Assembly (NCBI GenBank): GCA_000004985.1
Contig: GG738851.1
Source of the DNA: Naegleria gruberi
Taxonomy: Eukaryota
Length of the DNA: 64,000 nt
Reading direction: 5' to 3' (one strand)
Below the pieces are notes generated by a model. That model ran no database searches. It was not told the origin of the DNA and saw only the letters and a list, made by a program, of their open reading frames with translations. Below, one piece after another: positions 21,908 to 34,200 of the stretch. Position numbers and translations under genes: made by a program. Position 1 is the stretch's first letter. Every line of letters starts with the position of its first letter.

Positions 21908-22642
21908 ATGATGAAACAATCTAAACATATTGTAATGTATACAGGTGCAGGAATTTCAACAAGTGCAAAGATACCTGATTATCGTGGACCTAAAGGTGTT
22001 TGGACATTGAGAGAATTGAATAGAGAAAAGGAAATTCAATATTTTGATATTGAGCAAGCATTGCCAGCATTTGGACATTATGCAATTACACATTTGGTAA
22101 AGAAAGGATATGTAAAGTTTGTTGTTTCAACAAATTTGGATGGTTTACATCGTAGATCTGGAATGGGAGCTGATAAACTTGCAGAATTGCATGGTAACTC
22201 ATATAAGGAATCATGCTTCAAGTGTGGAAAGGAATATTTGAGAGGTTTTGACACATACAAGACTGTTAAAGATTATAGAACTCATATTACTGGTAGAAAG
22301 TGTTCATGTGGAGGAGATTTGAAAGATACAATTATTCATTTCGGTGAAAATCTTCCAGAGAAGGATTTGCTTCAATCTGTAGCTCATTCTAAAGCAGCTG
22401 ATCTTGCAATTGTTTTGGGAACTTCAATGAAAGTTTCTCCTGCATGTAATTTGCCATTGAAATGTCTTGAGAAGGGAGGAAAGATGTGTATTGTGAATTT
22501 ACAAAAGACAGATTATGACTCCAAGTCAGAATTGAGAGTTTTTTCCAAAACAGACGAATTTTTAAAACTTGTTCTTGAATATTTAGGTGAATTAGATAAT
22601 GTGGATACTTCATATGATGCTCTCTCCTCAAATTGGAATTAA
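21908..22642 (+). CDS. class IV sirtuin (SIRT6/SIRT7-like NAD-dependent deacylase)
   Basis: 'GAGISTSAKIPDYRGPKGVWT' NAD-binding motif and a Cys4 zinc module (CFKC...CSCGG). The N-terminal extension appears to continue upstream in another frame (see findings). Confidence 0.8.
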   Translation: MMKQSKHIVMYTGAGISTSAKIPDYRGPKGVWTLRELNREKEIQYFDIEQALPAFGHYAITHLVKKGYVKFVVSTNLDGLHRRSGMGADKLAELHGNSYKESCFKCGKEYLRGFDTYKTVKDYRTHITGRKCSCGGDLKDTIIHFGENLPEKDLLQSVAHSKAADLAIVLGTSMKVSPACNLPLKCLEKGGKMCIVNLQKTDYDSKSELRVFSKTDEFLKLVLEYLGELDNVDTSYDALSSNWN

Positions 22643-22857
22643 CTCATTGTGTAAATAAATTGTAAATATGAAAATTGTGAAATTTTTGAGTTTCTTCAAT
22701 TTTTCTCCAGACAATTATAAAAGATAATGAGATCATAATCCTTTACAAAATAAAGTAGACAACGATACTATGTTGTGGATGGTTCACTCATTTTTTCTCT
22801 CAATGAAAGTAGAAAACAGATTACAATATCTAGTTGCTAATTTTAAAACACAAAAAA

Positions 22858-23693
22858 ATGAGTGAACCATCCACAACACAGATTCTCGACAATTCTTCAT
22901 CGGAAAACCCTGTTTTTGTATTCATGTTTGATTTTGATCATACGCTTGTGGATGAAAACACTGACACTTTTGTATTTCAAGATTTGAAACCAGAAATGAT
23001 GACTGATTTGAAAAATTGGAGACATTCGGGATTGTCTTGGACAAATGTGATGAGGTAAATTTAAATTTAATTGTTTTTACTTGAAATTAAATTAGAAAAG
23101 TGTTTGAAAAGCTATTGTCAACATGTACAGTACAACAAGTCACTGAATGGATGGAAAAGTGTCCAATTAGTGAAAAGACAGTTGAGTTTTTGAAGGAAAT
23201 TAACAAATGTGGGCATGAAATTAATATTATTTCTGATTCGAATATGTTTTTTATCTCAACAATTTTGGAGAAACATCAGATTAGAGAATGCATTTCAAAT
23301 ATTCATACAAATACTACATTAGTTGACCAACAAAAGAATACCATTGATATTACAGAATATTCTGTTGCATTCAACAAACCACATACTTGTGAAACATGCC
23401 CTGAAAATATGTGTAAGGGAGAAATTGTTAAGGAAATTATGAATTATCATCTCTCACCTCATCCACACCACACTCCAAATATCCAATTCATCTATTGTGG
23501 CGATGGAAAGAATGATTTTTGTGCATGTAAACAATTGAGGTCGATTGACCTTGCACTTCCAAGAAAGGATTTCACATTAGAAAAGGTTATTGAATCACGT
23601 CCAACAGAAGTATCCTGTCAAATCAAACTTTGGAATAGTTTTGAACATTTGAATGAAATTATTCTTGAACAATTGAAGGAAAAATCTCAATAA
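22858..23693 (+). CDS. PHOSPHO1/PHOSPHO2-type HAD-superfamily phosphatase, 2 exons
   Basis: join(22858..23054,23096..23693). 41-nt intron (23055..23095, GTAAAT..AATTAG). 'FMFDFDHTLVDEN' motif I (DxDxT). 'CGDGKNDFC' motif IV region. Confidence 0.75.
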
Positions 23694-23995
23694 TTCTAAC
23701 ATTATAAATTCAATTATTCATTCTCAAGTATCCCATTACTGTTATTACTCCACAGATTCTCAACGCTCCGCCATTCTCCAAAGTGAAACACACTTTACAA
23801 CAACTCATGACTTGACCCCTTGCCAATTAACAACATCAACCACCAGGTTAGTTGTTTCCACTAAACCAAATCATCCAAACGCACTCCTTTCTGCAATGTG
23901 GAGTGATTTTTGTGAATTTTCATCATTTCCACACTTTCTTATTGGCCTTTTAAATTGTTTTCATCATCACGACCAAACAAATAAAACTGAAAAAA

Positions 23996-25495
23996 ATGCA
24001 ATTTCATAAAAATCTTGCCCGTACATTGATTTCAGCCACTGCCAAGAAGGCAGCAACAACATCGGCACGTAGAGGAGGTGTTTCAATGATGGTGGCTTCT
24101 GGTACTATTAATTCATCTTCATGTAATAAGAAGGTTAATTTTGGATCGACTTTGGTGCATCAATCGGGTGTTGTTACTTCATCAATTAAAAATTATCATA
24201 CCACAAATTCTAACAAGAAGGTTGTTCCTTTCTTGTTGGCAGATATTGGTGAAGGTATTACAAAGGTTGAAGTTGTTAAATGGTTTATTAAAGAAGGAGA
24301 CCACATTGAACAATTCCAAAATGTTGCTGAAGTGATGAGCGACAAGGCAAATGTTGAAATTAGTAGTCGTTTTGATGGTATTGTTAAGAAGTTGTGTTAC
24401 AAGGTTGGTGACATTGCCAATGTTGGTGCTCCATTGATTGAAATTGAAGTTGCTGATTCTACTGCCTCTCCAACAGCTAGTACTCCATCATCAACAAGCA
24501 CAACAGAAACTAAAACAACAACAACAACTTCTTCATCTACTAGTTGTTCTTCATCAGATCTTGCTGAAGCATCATTCGGAAAGACTTTAACAACACCAGC
24601 TGTGAGAAGAATTGCTCGTGAAAATAATATTGATTTAACAAAGGTACAAGCTACTGGAAGAAATGGTAGAGTTTTGAAGGAAGATGTCTTGTCTTATTTG
24701 GAAAATCCAACTAAACATACTGAAAAACAATCGGAAAAGGTTGCTGCTGTTCCAGAACAAACTACTACTGCAGCTCCATCTACACCAGTTGTTGGTGATC
24801 GTAGAGAACCTGTCAGAGGACTTATGCGTACCATGATTAAGACTATGAATGCTGCTACTAAAGTTCCACACTTTGGATACAAGGATGAAGTTTATGTAGA
24901 TAATTTGATGACTCTTAGAAATCATTTGAAGAAGACAGCCGAAAGACAAGGTGTCAAATTGAGCTATATGCCATTTATTATTAAGGCTGTTTCTTTAGCT
25001 CTCAAGGAATATCCAGTTTTGAACTCTTCTCTCTCTGAAGACGAAAGTGAAATTATTTACAAGGGTGAACATAATATTGGTGTTGCTATGGATACACCAA
25101 ATGGTTTGTTGGTTCCAAACATCAAGTCTGTCCAAAATAAGTCTATACTCGAGATTGCTGCTGAATTGAATCGTCTTCAAGAATTGGGCAAGCAAGGAAA
25201 GCTTGGTTCTAATGATTTGAGAGGTGGTACTTTCACATTGTCAAACATTGGTACTATTGGTGGTACTTATGCTGATCCAATTCTTTCAATTCCTGAAGTT
25301 TGCATTGGTGCTATTGGTATGATTAAGAAGACTGCCACTTTTGATTCACACAATAATGTTGTTCCAAAACACATTATGTACATGAGTTGGGCTGCTGATC
25401 ACCGTGTTGTTGATGGTGCTACCATGGCCAGATTCTCTAACGTGTGGAAGGAATATTTGGAAAATCCAGACAATTTCATTGTTGCCCTTAAATAA
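23996..25495 (+). CDS. DBT: lipoamide acyltransferase (E2) of the mitochondrial branched-chain 2-oxoacid dehydrogenase complex
   Basis: Lipoyl domain ('VMSDKANVEISSRFDGIV'), peripheral subunit-binding domain ('PAVRRIARENNIDL'), and catalytic domain with 'DHRVVDGA'. Confidence 0.85.
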   Translation: MQFHKNLARTLISATAKKAATTSARRGGVSMMVASGTINSSSCNKKVNFGSTLVHQSGVVTSSIKNYHTTNSNKKVVPFLLADIGEGITKVEVVKWFIKEGDHIEQFQNVAEVMSDKANVEISSRFDGIVKKLCYKVGDIANVGAPLIEIEVADSTASPTASTPSSTSTTETKTTTTTSSSTSCSSSDLAEASFGKTLTTPAVRRIARENNIDLTKVQATGRNGRVLKEDVLSYLENPTKHTEKQSEKVAAVPEQTTTAAPSTPVVGDRREPVRGLMRTMIKTMNAATKVPHFGYKDEVYVDNLMTLRNHLKKTAERQGVKLSYMPFIIKAVSLALKEYPVLNSSLSEDESEIIYKGEHNIGVAMDTPNGLLVPNIKSVQNKSILEIAAELNRLQELGKQGKLGSNDLRGGTFTLSNIGTIGGTYADPILSIPEVCIGAIGMIKKTATFDSHNNVVPKHIMYMSWAADHRVVDGATMARFSNVWKEYLENPDNFIVALK

Positions 25496-25603
25496 ATGAG
25501 TTTATCAATTTTGATCAAATTCATAAGATGAGAATTTAGTGAGTCAATCGAGTTGGTTTCGTTATAACGCTAAAATTAGATTTACATTTTAAATTTGAAA
25601 AAA

Positions 25604-27109
25604 ATGAAAAAAGATCCTCTATTAGATCTGAAGGAAGAGGAATGGAGTTATGTAGCTCACAACATGCTGGATACCTATTCTTTCTGTCATATCATTTCGT
25701 ACATGCCCTATTTCTATCAATCAAAATATAAAAGATTAAACAAGTTTACTTTGAAATGGGTCGAATATCAACAGAAATATACCATTGTTCAGAGAATAAT
25801 CAAGAAAGTTAGACCTCATTACTATGAAAACTTTGAAAGCAACAACTTGGTGAATGAACAAAGTGTGTTAATTGATCTTGATGATTTGAAATTTGTAGAA
25901 AAACAAGATTTTGAGAAATTGGAATTTAAGAATTATTTGGAAGATCCCGAAATGTTAGAGAAAATGATCAAACAGTTATATTATTTGGATGATTATAGAT
26001 GGTTATTGTATTGGAATAATGTTGGAGATAAATTTTTCGATCAAGAAACAGTTTATGATCCTAAAATGCTGTTTGATAGGAAATATTCAGAGAATTATGA
26101 ATTGGAAGGAACTCAATCGTTGGTTTCGAGAAAGTTCTTGAACAATTTTTCAATGTGTTTCACAATTATTGGACTGAAAGATATGAAAACCCCACTTAAA
26201 CATTATTTAAAGCGATTGAATAGTATTGGAGTGGTTGCAGCTGAGTTTCTATTTTGTGATTATAAATTATTGAATGAATATAATCCAAAAAGATTTTATG
26301 ACATGGCTACACCCTATTTCACAAATTGTTTTTTGAGCCTTACAAAGTATCCTCCTACTGGCAATGAACATGAAAGCGCAAAAAGCTCAAAAGTTACCAA
26401 CTTTATCCCAGCAAAGTCCAACATCAAGTCCATAAAGAGAGCTAGAAAGTATCTGATAGAGTGTGCAAATGTTCATGGTGTACATGCCTCACTAATACCA
26501 AGAGGTGAACTATTTACATACTCTTTATTCGATAAGGAAACTAAAACCAAGTTGAATTGGGAGCAAGTCAAATCTATTTATGAGAATTCAATTCTATCTA
26601 TTTCTGAAAAGTTTACAAATCCTGCCCTCAAGAAGGAAATGGATATTACTCAATATCTATTCGAACCAATTTTGGATAAAGCAAGAAAGACCTATCTTTC
26701 AGAAAAGAGTGAAAATGGATTTTTGAAATCACTAAATCAATTCCAACTTGATCCAGAAGTAAAGGAAAATAAGGATCGTTTAGAATATATTCTGAAATTG
26801 GTTGATGATGATTGTTTCCAAAGATTGTGCAATAGGTCTAAATCTCTTCCACAAATGGTTAAATCCCTTGATTTTGAAACCAAAACCAAATTCCAAAAAT
26901 TCCATCTCCACACAACTCTCCAAATCAAAAAGTTCAAATTGGAAAGCTTTAAACTATACAGTTGGGAAATTGACTTTTTAAATTCATCACTCACATTCAC
27001 ACCATCCAAAAAAGAATCAATTATTGTAGACCCTCCAAAGAATCAATCAAGCACTCAAAAGAAAAAGAAATATACCAAAATTGTGGTAGAAGATAAAGAA
27101 TTTCAATAA
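25604..27109 (+). CDS. hypothetical protein (~500 aa)
   Basis: Long uninterrupted ORF. First ATG at 25604. No recognisable domain. Confidence 0.5.
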   Translation: MKKDPLLDLKEEEWSYVAHNMLDTYSFCHIISYMPYFYQSKYKRLNKFTLKWVEYQQKYTIVQRIIKKVRPHYYENFESNNLVNEQSVLIDLDDLKFVEKQDFEKLEFKNYLEDPEMLEKMIKQLYYLDDYRWLLYWNNVGDKFFDQETVYDPKMLFDRKYSENYELEGTQSLVSRKFLNNFSMCFTIIGLKDMKTPLKHYLKRLNSIGVVAAEFLFCDYKLLNEYNPKRFYDMATPYFTNCFLSLTKYPPTGNEHESAKSSKVTNFIPAKSNIKSIKRARKYLIECANVHGVHASLIPRGELFTYSLFDKETKTKLNWEQVKSIYENSILSISEKFTNPALKKEMDITQYLFEPILDKARKTYLSEKSENGFLKSLNQFQLDPEVKENKDRLEYILKLVDDDCFQRLCNRSKSLPQMVKSLDFETKTKFQKFHLHTTLQIKKFKLESFKLYSWEIDFLNSSLTFTPSKKESIIVDPPKNQSSTQKKKKYTKIVVEDKEFQ

Positions 27110-27335
27110 ATCTACTAGGTAGGTCAACAAGCATCCCTCCAATTTAAATTATTTCAATCCCACACATAAAGAATTATCTCTTAAAGAATATGAAATGTAT
27201 GAGATAATAAAGTCGGATGAAATGAGGAACAAATGTCATTCGGATTAAATGAAGAGAGGAAGAAATGCAAGAATTAAAACGCCACAATTTCAAAAAACAT
27301 AAACAGATTTGTCCCTTGATTGTGAAAAAAAATTG

Positions 27336-28222
27336 ATGATGAATAATCTCAATCGATTGAAAGTCCTTAAAACTATTGTGGGAAGAGAAGTTTCTGAAGG
27401 TGCAGGAATTAAAGTTTGTAGAACCATTGGAGGACAATCTGTTTCCTATCATGATCCATTTCTATTACTCGATGAAGCTAAAATACCAAATCCTAAAAAT
27501 GGATTTCCAGAACATCCACATAAGGGATTTGAAGCTATTTCTTATATTTTGAATGGCAATTCCAAACATAAAGATAGTTTAGGTAAAAGTGGGTTTCTTT
27601 CTTCAGGTGATGCTTTATGGATGACTGGTAGGTTTAATATAACTTTACAATTTAAAACAATGTAAAAGCTGGTCGAGGTATAAGACATGAAGAAACTCCT
27701 ATTGGAAATGGTCCTTTACATGCATTCCAAATATGGGTTAATTTAAGTGCTAAAGATAAATTAATTGAACCATACAGCCAAGTTTTAAAATCAAGTGAAA
27801 ATCCAAAAAAGCAAATTTCTGAACATGTTCACTTGACACTTTTAGCTGGTAAAAGTATTTCACATGATTTAACTAGTTCTGTACTTTTAAAAACTCCAGT
27901 TTTAGTTAGTCATGTCAAAATCAGCAAGAAGAATGAAAAACTCACAGAAACAATTCCAAAAGGATTTCAAGGTTTAGTTTATTTATTTGCAGGTGATGCA
28001 ACAATTGAAAATCAACAATTTGTTGAAAAATCTGCAATTTTATTTGAAGAAACAAGTGAAGATTCTCTATTAGAAATTGATTCAACCTCAGATCAAGTTC
28101 AATTCTTAATTTTATCAGGAAAACCAATTAAGGAGCCAATTGCAAGACATGGACCATTCGTTATGAATACAAAAGAGGAAATTATGCAAGCTTTTCAGGA
28201 TTATCATTCTGGATTGTTTTAA
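27336..28222 (+). CDS. pirin (bicupin), 2 exons
   Basis: join(27336..27627,27669..28222). 41-nt intron (27628..27668, GTAGGT..AAAAG) splits '..GDALWMTG|AGRGIRHEE'. 'FPEHPHKGFEAISYIL' metal-binding cupin motif. Confidence 0.8.
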
Positions 28223-28298
28223 ATAAACATGACTCTCTCTTAACATAACTAACACCTTAGAGAGATGAGAGAAGTAAAAAACGACCACCTTAAAAAAA

Positions 28299-29054
28299 AT
28301 GACTCAAGAGAAGGAACCTCAACTACTTATTGAGAACGATAGTTTTGGCTGTGACAGAGCAGCAACCATACATTTTAGAGTAAATGGCGTGAATGCTATC
28401 CCAGAAATGTATGACTATGTCAAGAGTGAGATTATTGTTGATAATTACTTCCAGATGGAACCAATATGCACTATTGCACACGGAGATTGGCCCAAAACAA
28501 GGGTTTCAATTTCCAACGATTCTACCAATTCTTCTTTCATTTACAAAGGTAAAGTGGGAAAAGAGGAATTCGGCTCTAATTATGAACTAATTCAACACAT
28601 CCTCCAAATTAAAAACCATGAGCCATCCCTTGATCAAGGGATTAGCCAGGAGTTCTTTACTACTACAACAACTCTTCGTCACATTTTCAAACACAAACAA
28701 GATGATGTAGAATTACATATATGTGTTTTGAAATTAGGTCAAGATATGTATTATAACTTTGGAAAGATCAGAAAAACAGGTAAAATTGAAGACAGCAAAT
28801 TCATTTTGCTTGAGCACTTGAAGAAATTGACTGTTGTAGATGATATGTTTGTCATGGACCCAGTTAACACTCCTGTAATCCAAAAGATGTTACACGAGAT
28901 GAATCCTTTACTAGAATCTATTGACAGCTATAAATTGCACCCAATTGATAATAAGTATGCCAGCTCAATGTCTGGCACAGTTATTAGCCCATCTATTGAG
29001 AACACAGAGCTGGCGAAATTAATGCACACTTTCAAATACATGGACTATGAATAA
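28299..29054 (+). CDS. hypothetical protein (251 aa)
   Basis: ATG-initiated ORF. No recognisable domain. Confidence 0.45.
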   Translation: MTQEKEPQLLIENDSFGCDRAATIHFRVNGVNAIPEMYDYVKSEIIVDNYFQMEPICTIAHGDWPKTRVSISNDSTNSSFIYKGKVGKEEFGSNYELIQHILQIKNHEPSLDQGISQEFFTTTTTLRHIFKHKQDDVELHICVLKLGQDMYYNFGKIRKTGKIEDSKFILLEHLKKLTVVDDMFVMDPVNTPVIQKMLHEMNPLLESIDSYKLHPIDNKYASSMSGTVISPSIENTELAKLMHTFKYMDYE

Positions 29055-29181
29055 ATCATCAGGTTGAAGGAAAATCTAACACAAATGATTTTGACCAAAT
29101 TCCATGAATTGACTCCAAGTTTAAATGAATTGTTGAAATTCCTTTAACTAATTTCATTCATCATTAAATTTAATTAAAAAA

Positions 29182-29850
29182 ATGAGTTTAGCCAATCGAG
29201 TGATGATGGATGAATTGATAGAAGAACACGAAGGAGAATCAATTATTATTAAATTGGATCATCACTTCGGATCATCAATATTAACCAACTTTTACCGATC
29301 CATTCCCAAAAACAATAGTAAATTAATTAATGATCAACAATTTCTTCAATTATTCAAAGGTAAAGAATTGAATACATTCAAAACTCCACAATTACTCTAC
29401 AGAGCAAGTAGAGATGGGTTTTCTTCAGAAAGCTTTCACAAAAAATGTGACGACCAATTTAAAGTTGTGATTATTGTAAAGTCCAAGGCTGGAGATTTAT
29501 TTGGAGGATTTACAACGCAAAATTTAAGACGAGATGGACCAACTGTACATGTTAGAGATGAACAATTATTTACTTTCAGATTTCAGAATGACAAGTTTTA
29601 CACTTTCAGATTACAACCAACCTTACTTAATTATGTGTTGCATAGATATAATGATACCCACTTGTTTGCATTTGGGTATTGCTTTTGGGTGTGCTCTGAT
29701 GCCAATATCCAAACTGCATCTGGTTCACACCAAGCTGAAAACTTCATTCTGGAGGAATGCAAATTGCCAATAGGATCACCATACTTTTTTAGTCAAAGTA
29801 CTCTAGGTACTCTAGTGGAAGATTTAGAAGTTCACAAAATCACAGACTAG
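29182..29850 (+). CDS. TLDc-domain protein (Oxr1/NCOA7-like fold)
   Basis: 'LLYRASRDGFSSESFHKKCDDQ...GDLFGGFT' matches the TLDc domain signature. Confidence 0.65.
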   Translation: MSLANRVMMDELIEEHEGESIIIKLDHHFGSSILTNFYRSIPKNNSKLINDQQFLQLFKGKELNTFKTPQLLYRASRDGFSSESFHKKCDDQFKVVIIVKSKAGDLFGGFTTQNLRRDGPTVHVRDEQLFTFRFQNDKFYTFRLQPTLLNYVLHRYNDTHLFAFGYCFWVCSDANIQTASGSHQAENFILEECKLPIGSPYFFSQSTLGTLVEDLEVHKITD

Positions 29851-29997
29851 AGAAATACTGAAATTTACTGGAAATCCATCCTGTCACCATATGGTTAGTT
29901 GCAATATTGAATAATTGACCAGACATTACTTAAAGTCCTAACTGCTGATTCTTAAGCCTCTATAATAAAGATTGTGGTTCATATGAAAATGGAAAAA

Positions 29998-30115
29998 GAC
30001 TACAGCACCACAGGTTCCCAAGTTGTCTCCAACCTCAGTACTGATGTGGCTCGACGATGCTTAACTTCTCAAATCGGACGGGATGAGGTGCATTCATCGT
30101 GATATGGCCGTAGCC
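29998..30115 (-). rRNA. 5S ribosomal RNA gene (second copy, inverted relative to the copy at 139..256)
   Basis: The reverse complement of 29998..30115 is near-identical to the 5S at 139..256. There is one clear substitution (GAAAAG versus GAGAAG). T5 lies on the minus strand immediately 3' (29993..29997). Confidence 0.9.
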
Positions 30116-30508
30116 ATTCATTTTATTAAAATGTGAAACATAAATCAGATTCTCACAACTCTTTGCTGGTAAAATATTATAGATTGTTGGAAAACTTTAG
30201 AAGTGAAACAATGAGATGAATAGTAGCCATCCATACTCTCAAAAATCATTCCTTATTAATTGAAATACATTAAATTTTGTTTCTAAAATACGAATTTCTA
30301 TTGTTTTAGTTCAAGAGGAGTTGACCAATCAATCTACAACATAACTTAAATCAATAACAAATCTTTATCTGAATTGCGAAATAGTTCAAAATTTCAAGCT
30401 TTCATTGTCTCTTCCTCTCATCATTTTAGTAACCAACGAGAGAGGGTTTTGAAGTATCAAGTCGAAGGAAATAAATTGTTTGCATTGTTTTGAATGGTAT
30501 CAGGTGAA

Positions 30509-30976
30509 TTAGATTCCGCATTCCTTTTCAAATTCCTTAACATCAAACTTGGTCTTGGTAGAAGCATACTTGATAGCCTTTTCAACTTGTTGGGAATTTT
30601 TGAGCTTTCCCTTGGCAATATAGGTTGCAACGGTCTTTCTATTGGCACTAGTTTCTGGCAAGGTGGATTGAATTAGCTTGACCAATAATGGACCACATTG
30701 ATAGTTGAATTGTGGTGATGTGATTTCCAATGGAATTTGTACTTCATTGACAAGTGTGATGAATTTAGCAGAAAGACTCTTGCTCTTGGTTAAATTGAGA
30801 ATATCCTTCTTGGTCAAGCCTACGATGGCCATTACTTTTTCTTGGTCCATTTTGATCAAATTGAAATTTTTAGTTGGTTGTTTTTTTTGTTGAATATTAT
30901 TTGATGAATAAATAACATGGTCTTTTTGATGACCAAACTTGGATTTTGTTCCAGTTTCCATTTCAATACAGTGCAC
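30509..30976 (-). CDS. small hypothetical protein (155 aa)
   Basis: ORF with ATG. Lys-rich. Weak resemblance to a YqeY/GatB-C-terminal-like helical domain is not convincing. Confidence 0.4.
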   Translation of the reverse strand: MHCIEMETGTKSKFGHQKDHVIYSSNNIQQKKQPTKNFNLIKMDQEKVMAIVGLTKKDILNLTKSKSLSAKFITLVNEVQIPLEITSPQFNYQCGPLLVKLIQSTLPETSANRKTVATYIAKGKLKNSQQVEKAIKYASTKTKFDVKEFEKECGI

Positions 30977-31212
30977 CAGTGTTGTAAACTTGAATCTTTA
31001 AACTTCCATTAAATTTTTAGTCAATTCATTGTAGTTAATACTAAACGCCTTGATGGAAGGTTCAATGGAGACGAGCACATCAGTGTGAAAGAGTTAAAAT
31101 CCTTTATTCTTTCCTTCAAACAAGCAGACGAATCTTTACATACAAATTTCGAATTAAGAGTAGACAACATGGGTGTGAGCTAAAAAGTAAATAGCAATAC
31201 CATTGTTAATAC

Positions 31213-34200
31213 TTATTCCTCCTTTAATAAAAATTTTCCAAGCAACGCATGAAGTTTTTGAGCTGCTCTTGCCTTTTCTTCCTTTGAGGAGAATAAATCA
31301 TCCAAATTCCTTGTTGAAATAAGAGTTTCCAATGTGGTCAAATGCTCTGTAAAGGTAAGATTATGATCTGAAACAAATCTTACTTGCTTCTTCTTTTCCA
31401 TTCTTTCACTTGTTGGTTCAATTGGTTGATGAGGTCTAATGGGGCTCTTCTTTAGTATTGGCGTAATGGCTACATTATTCATATTTGGGGAGCTATGTTT
31501 TTGTGCACTGGTTTGAGTTATCTGAGTTTCATCATCTTCTATACTGGTTTTTTCTGGTGTTGACTCTCCCACTGATGTTAATTGGACATCAGGTTTTTCA
31601 ATCTTGACCTGATTTTCAGGAGCTGTAAAAGTTATAGAGCACGACGAGGATGAATTGGATTGTTTTGGGGTACATCCAGATTCCAACTTGCTGAATAAAT
31701 CTTCTACAGATGAACTATTTTCCTTCTCTTCCTCTTTCATTATTGGAGATAATTCCAAAGCTCTATTAAAATCAGGAGTGATAAGGTTAATCACTCTTTC
31801 ACCATTCTCTTTTTTAGGAGTAATTGGAATATCTTTGATATCTATCATGGAACTGTCATTCAGCAGGTTATTTGGTGCAAGATTATTATTAACGACAACT
31901 GGAGCAGAAACAATATCGCTAATATTAAGCAAATTATTTACAGTTTCCTTCTTGACCTTTACCTCAACCTCTTCATCACTATCATCAATGGATAGAAGTG
32001 ATGATGACAAGAGACTAGGATTCATTTCTGGAACTACAAGTCTTGTTTCCTTTCTTTCACGCATCTTTTCCTTCTGTGATTTAGTCAACTTTAGTTTCTT
32101 CTTATTAGATTCTGTCCTTTCTTCTACTTCTTCCTTAAGGGCAATTTGTTCTTCTTCTTGTTTTACCTCTTCAGCCCTCTTTCTCTTATTGTCCTTATTT
32201 TCTGTCGTGGCTACAATGGTTGGTGCTTGCATTGCAGGTTTTGGTAAATCTGATTCTTCGAAAGGAAAGTTTGGTAAGTCAGCTTTAGAAATCTCTCCCT
32301 TCTGAAGTAAATTGGAGAAAGCTTGTTTCAAGCTTGGAGAGTAATTGAGAGAGGTCTTCGACTGTGAAAAGTATGAAATCCAGAATTGGGTGGTGATACG
32401 TTTCACTTTAGAATTTCTCTTAGAGTCCAATCCAATCACCAATACTTTCTCCATTTGATTTAACATGTTTTGATCAAAAACTACACCATCCTGGAGACAC
32501 CACTTACTAACTTGATTGAAAACACCTTCCCAAATATTTTCGCAAAGAGTGGCAAATTGTAACATCTCCTCTGTTGAATAGACAACACTTTGATTTTTCC
32601 TTGATAGGAATGACCCTTGAAGCTCAAATAAAGTAGTAAAGTCCTTATCAAAGAGAATCTCTTCGGCATATTCTTGAGCAAATTGAATTGCATGTTGTGC
32701 ACTTCTGGAGAGAGTTAAAATGTTCTTCAGTTCAGACATTAGTTGAGTTATTAAATCAAAGAACGGATCAGAAAGCTTTGAAAATTGTCTTCTATAATCA
32801 AATATCATCCAAACAAAGGTTTTGAGAAGTAATTGAAGATTGTGTATGGTAGATTTTCCTGATGGTATAGAAAGTATAGAAACCTTGAACCTCTGGGATT
32901 CATGACAAACAGTGCAAAGTAATGAAAGTATTTTGGTACCAAATAGAATCCAACTTCTCATTAGCACATATGACGTTGATGTTATACCGTTGATATCCTC
33001 TTTTTCAATCTCACTTAATATACAAAGATATTGACAGTTCAATTTCTCCAATAAATCTTCTGATATTTTTTGTAAATGGTGGTGAGAAAGGTTATTCTTC
33101 AAATGTTTGCTAATATAATGGAAAGGTGGCATGTTGGTATTGGATGTTACATTTCCAAACAATACAAGCATTTCTTTAAGAATATGAAGTATCTCACTGT
33201 CATTCGAAAGTATTGTGTTGATTACTTTCTGGTGAGCTTCTATACTAAACTCAGGTTTGATATCATCCGACATAATATTTCCATTAAGGGTAAGCTTGCA
33301 TCCAAAAAGATCAAAAGGATAAAATATCAGCTTCTCCAGTAATGGTAAAAATTCTGGAGTAAGTACCTTGCTGGTAAGCCCTGAATCCGTCTGTTTTTGA
33401 TTTTCTGGGTTTTGCTTACAAAGATAGGCTTTAAGCTCTTGAGCTTGCTTCTTTCTCTTTTGTAGAGTTTCTGTTGATGTATTCGGAAGATTAGCATCAC
33501 CAGTTTTGCTAATCATCAAAGAAAAGCATGTATCCACAGCTCTAATTTCATCCCTTATAGAGCTACAATATTTTTTCCATAAAATCATTTGACACTCTAA
33601 TAATTTAGTTAATCCTATTGTATCTGAGGAAATAGTTTTAGATACAACACATACTTCTTGATGTGTTGTTATTAAATCCTCCAGTAAAACAATCATCAAA
33701 TGAACCTTTCAAAAATATAACAAAAAATACTAAAGTTACTCACAATTGAATCGTTATACAGATTTGGAATAGTCAGTAAATCAACCAATACTCTATTACA
33801 TAACATTGTAACACTATTATTAATCATTTCACAAATCTTATCTCCATATTGTTTTGTTGGTGAATTATTGAAAGCCGAGAATGCAAGTCTATAGAGGCAG
33901 TAAATTAGAGCAAAGAAAGGAGATTTTTTCAGTTCAGGTGGCTTCAGTGAATCCTTGATACCACTTGTTATTGCCTTCACATCAATGAAAACCTTGATTG
34001 AATTGCATGTACCAGAAATTAGAAGATTGACTGGGAAGCATTCAACAAAGCTTTTGATAAATGCAGAAGACATTTCTTGAATCCATTCTTCCAACATTGG
34101 AGATGAATCCGAGGTAGAATAGTGTAAAACGTTTTCCACACAAAATGTTAAAAGACCTGTAATAAGTTGCACCAAAAGGGATGAATATTTTTCTGCATCA

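Noticed and set aside
139-30115. Possibility that the two inverted 5S genes mark the ends of a large inverted-repeat-bounded mobile element
   Set aside because: The flanking sequences outside the 118-bp 5S genes share no similarity, there is no TSD, and the interior is ordinary housekeeping genes.
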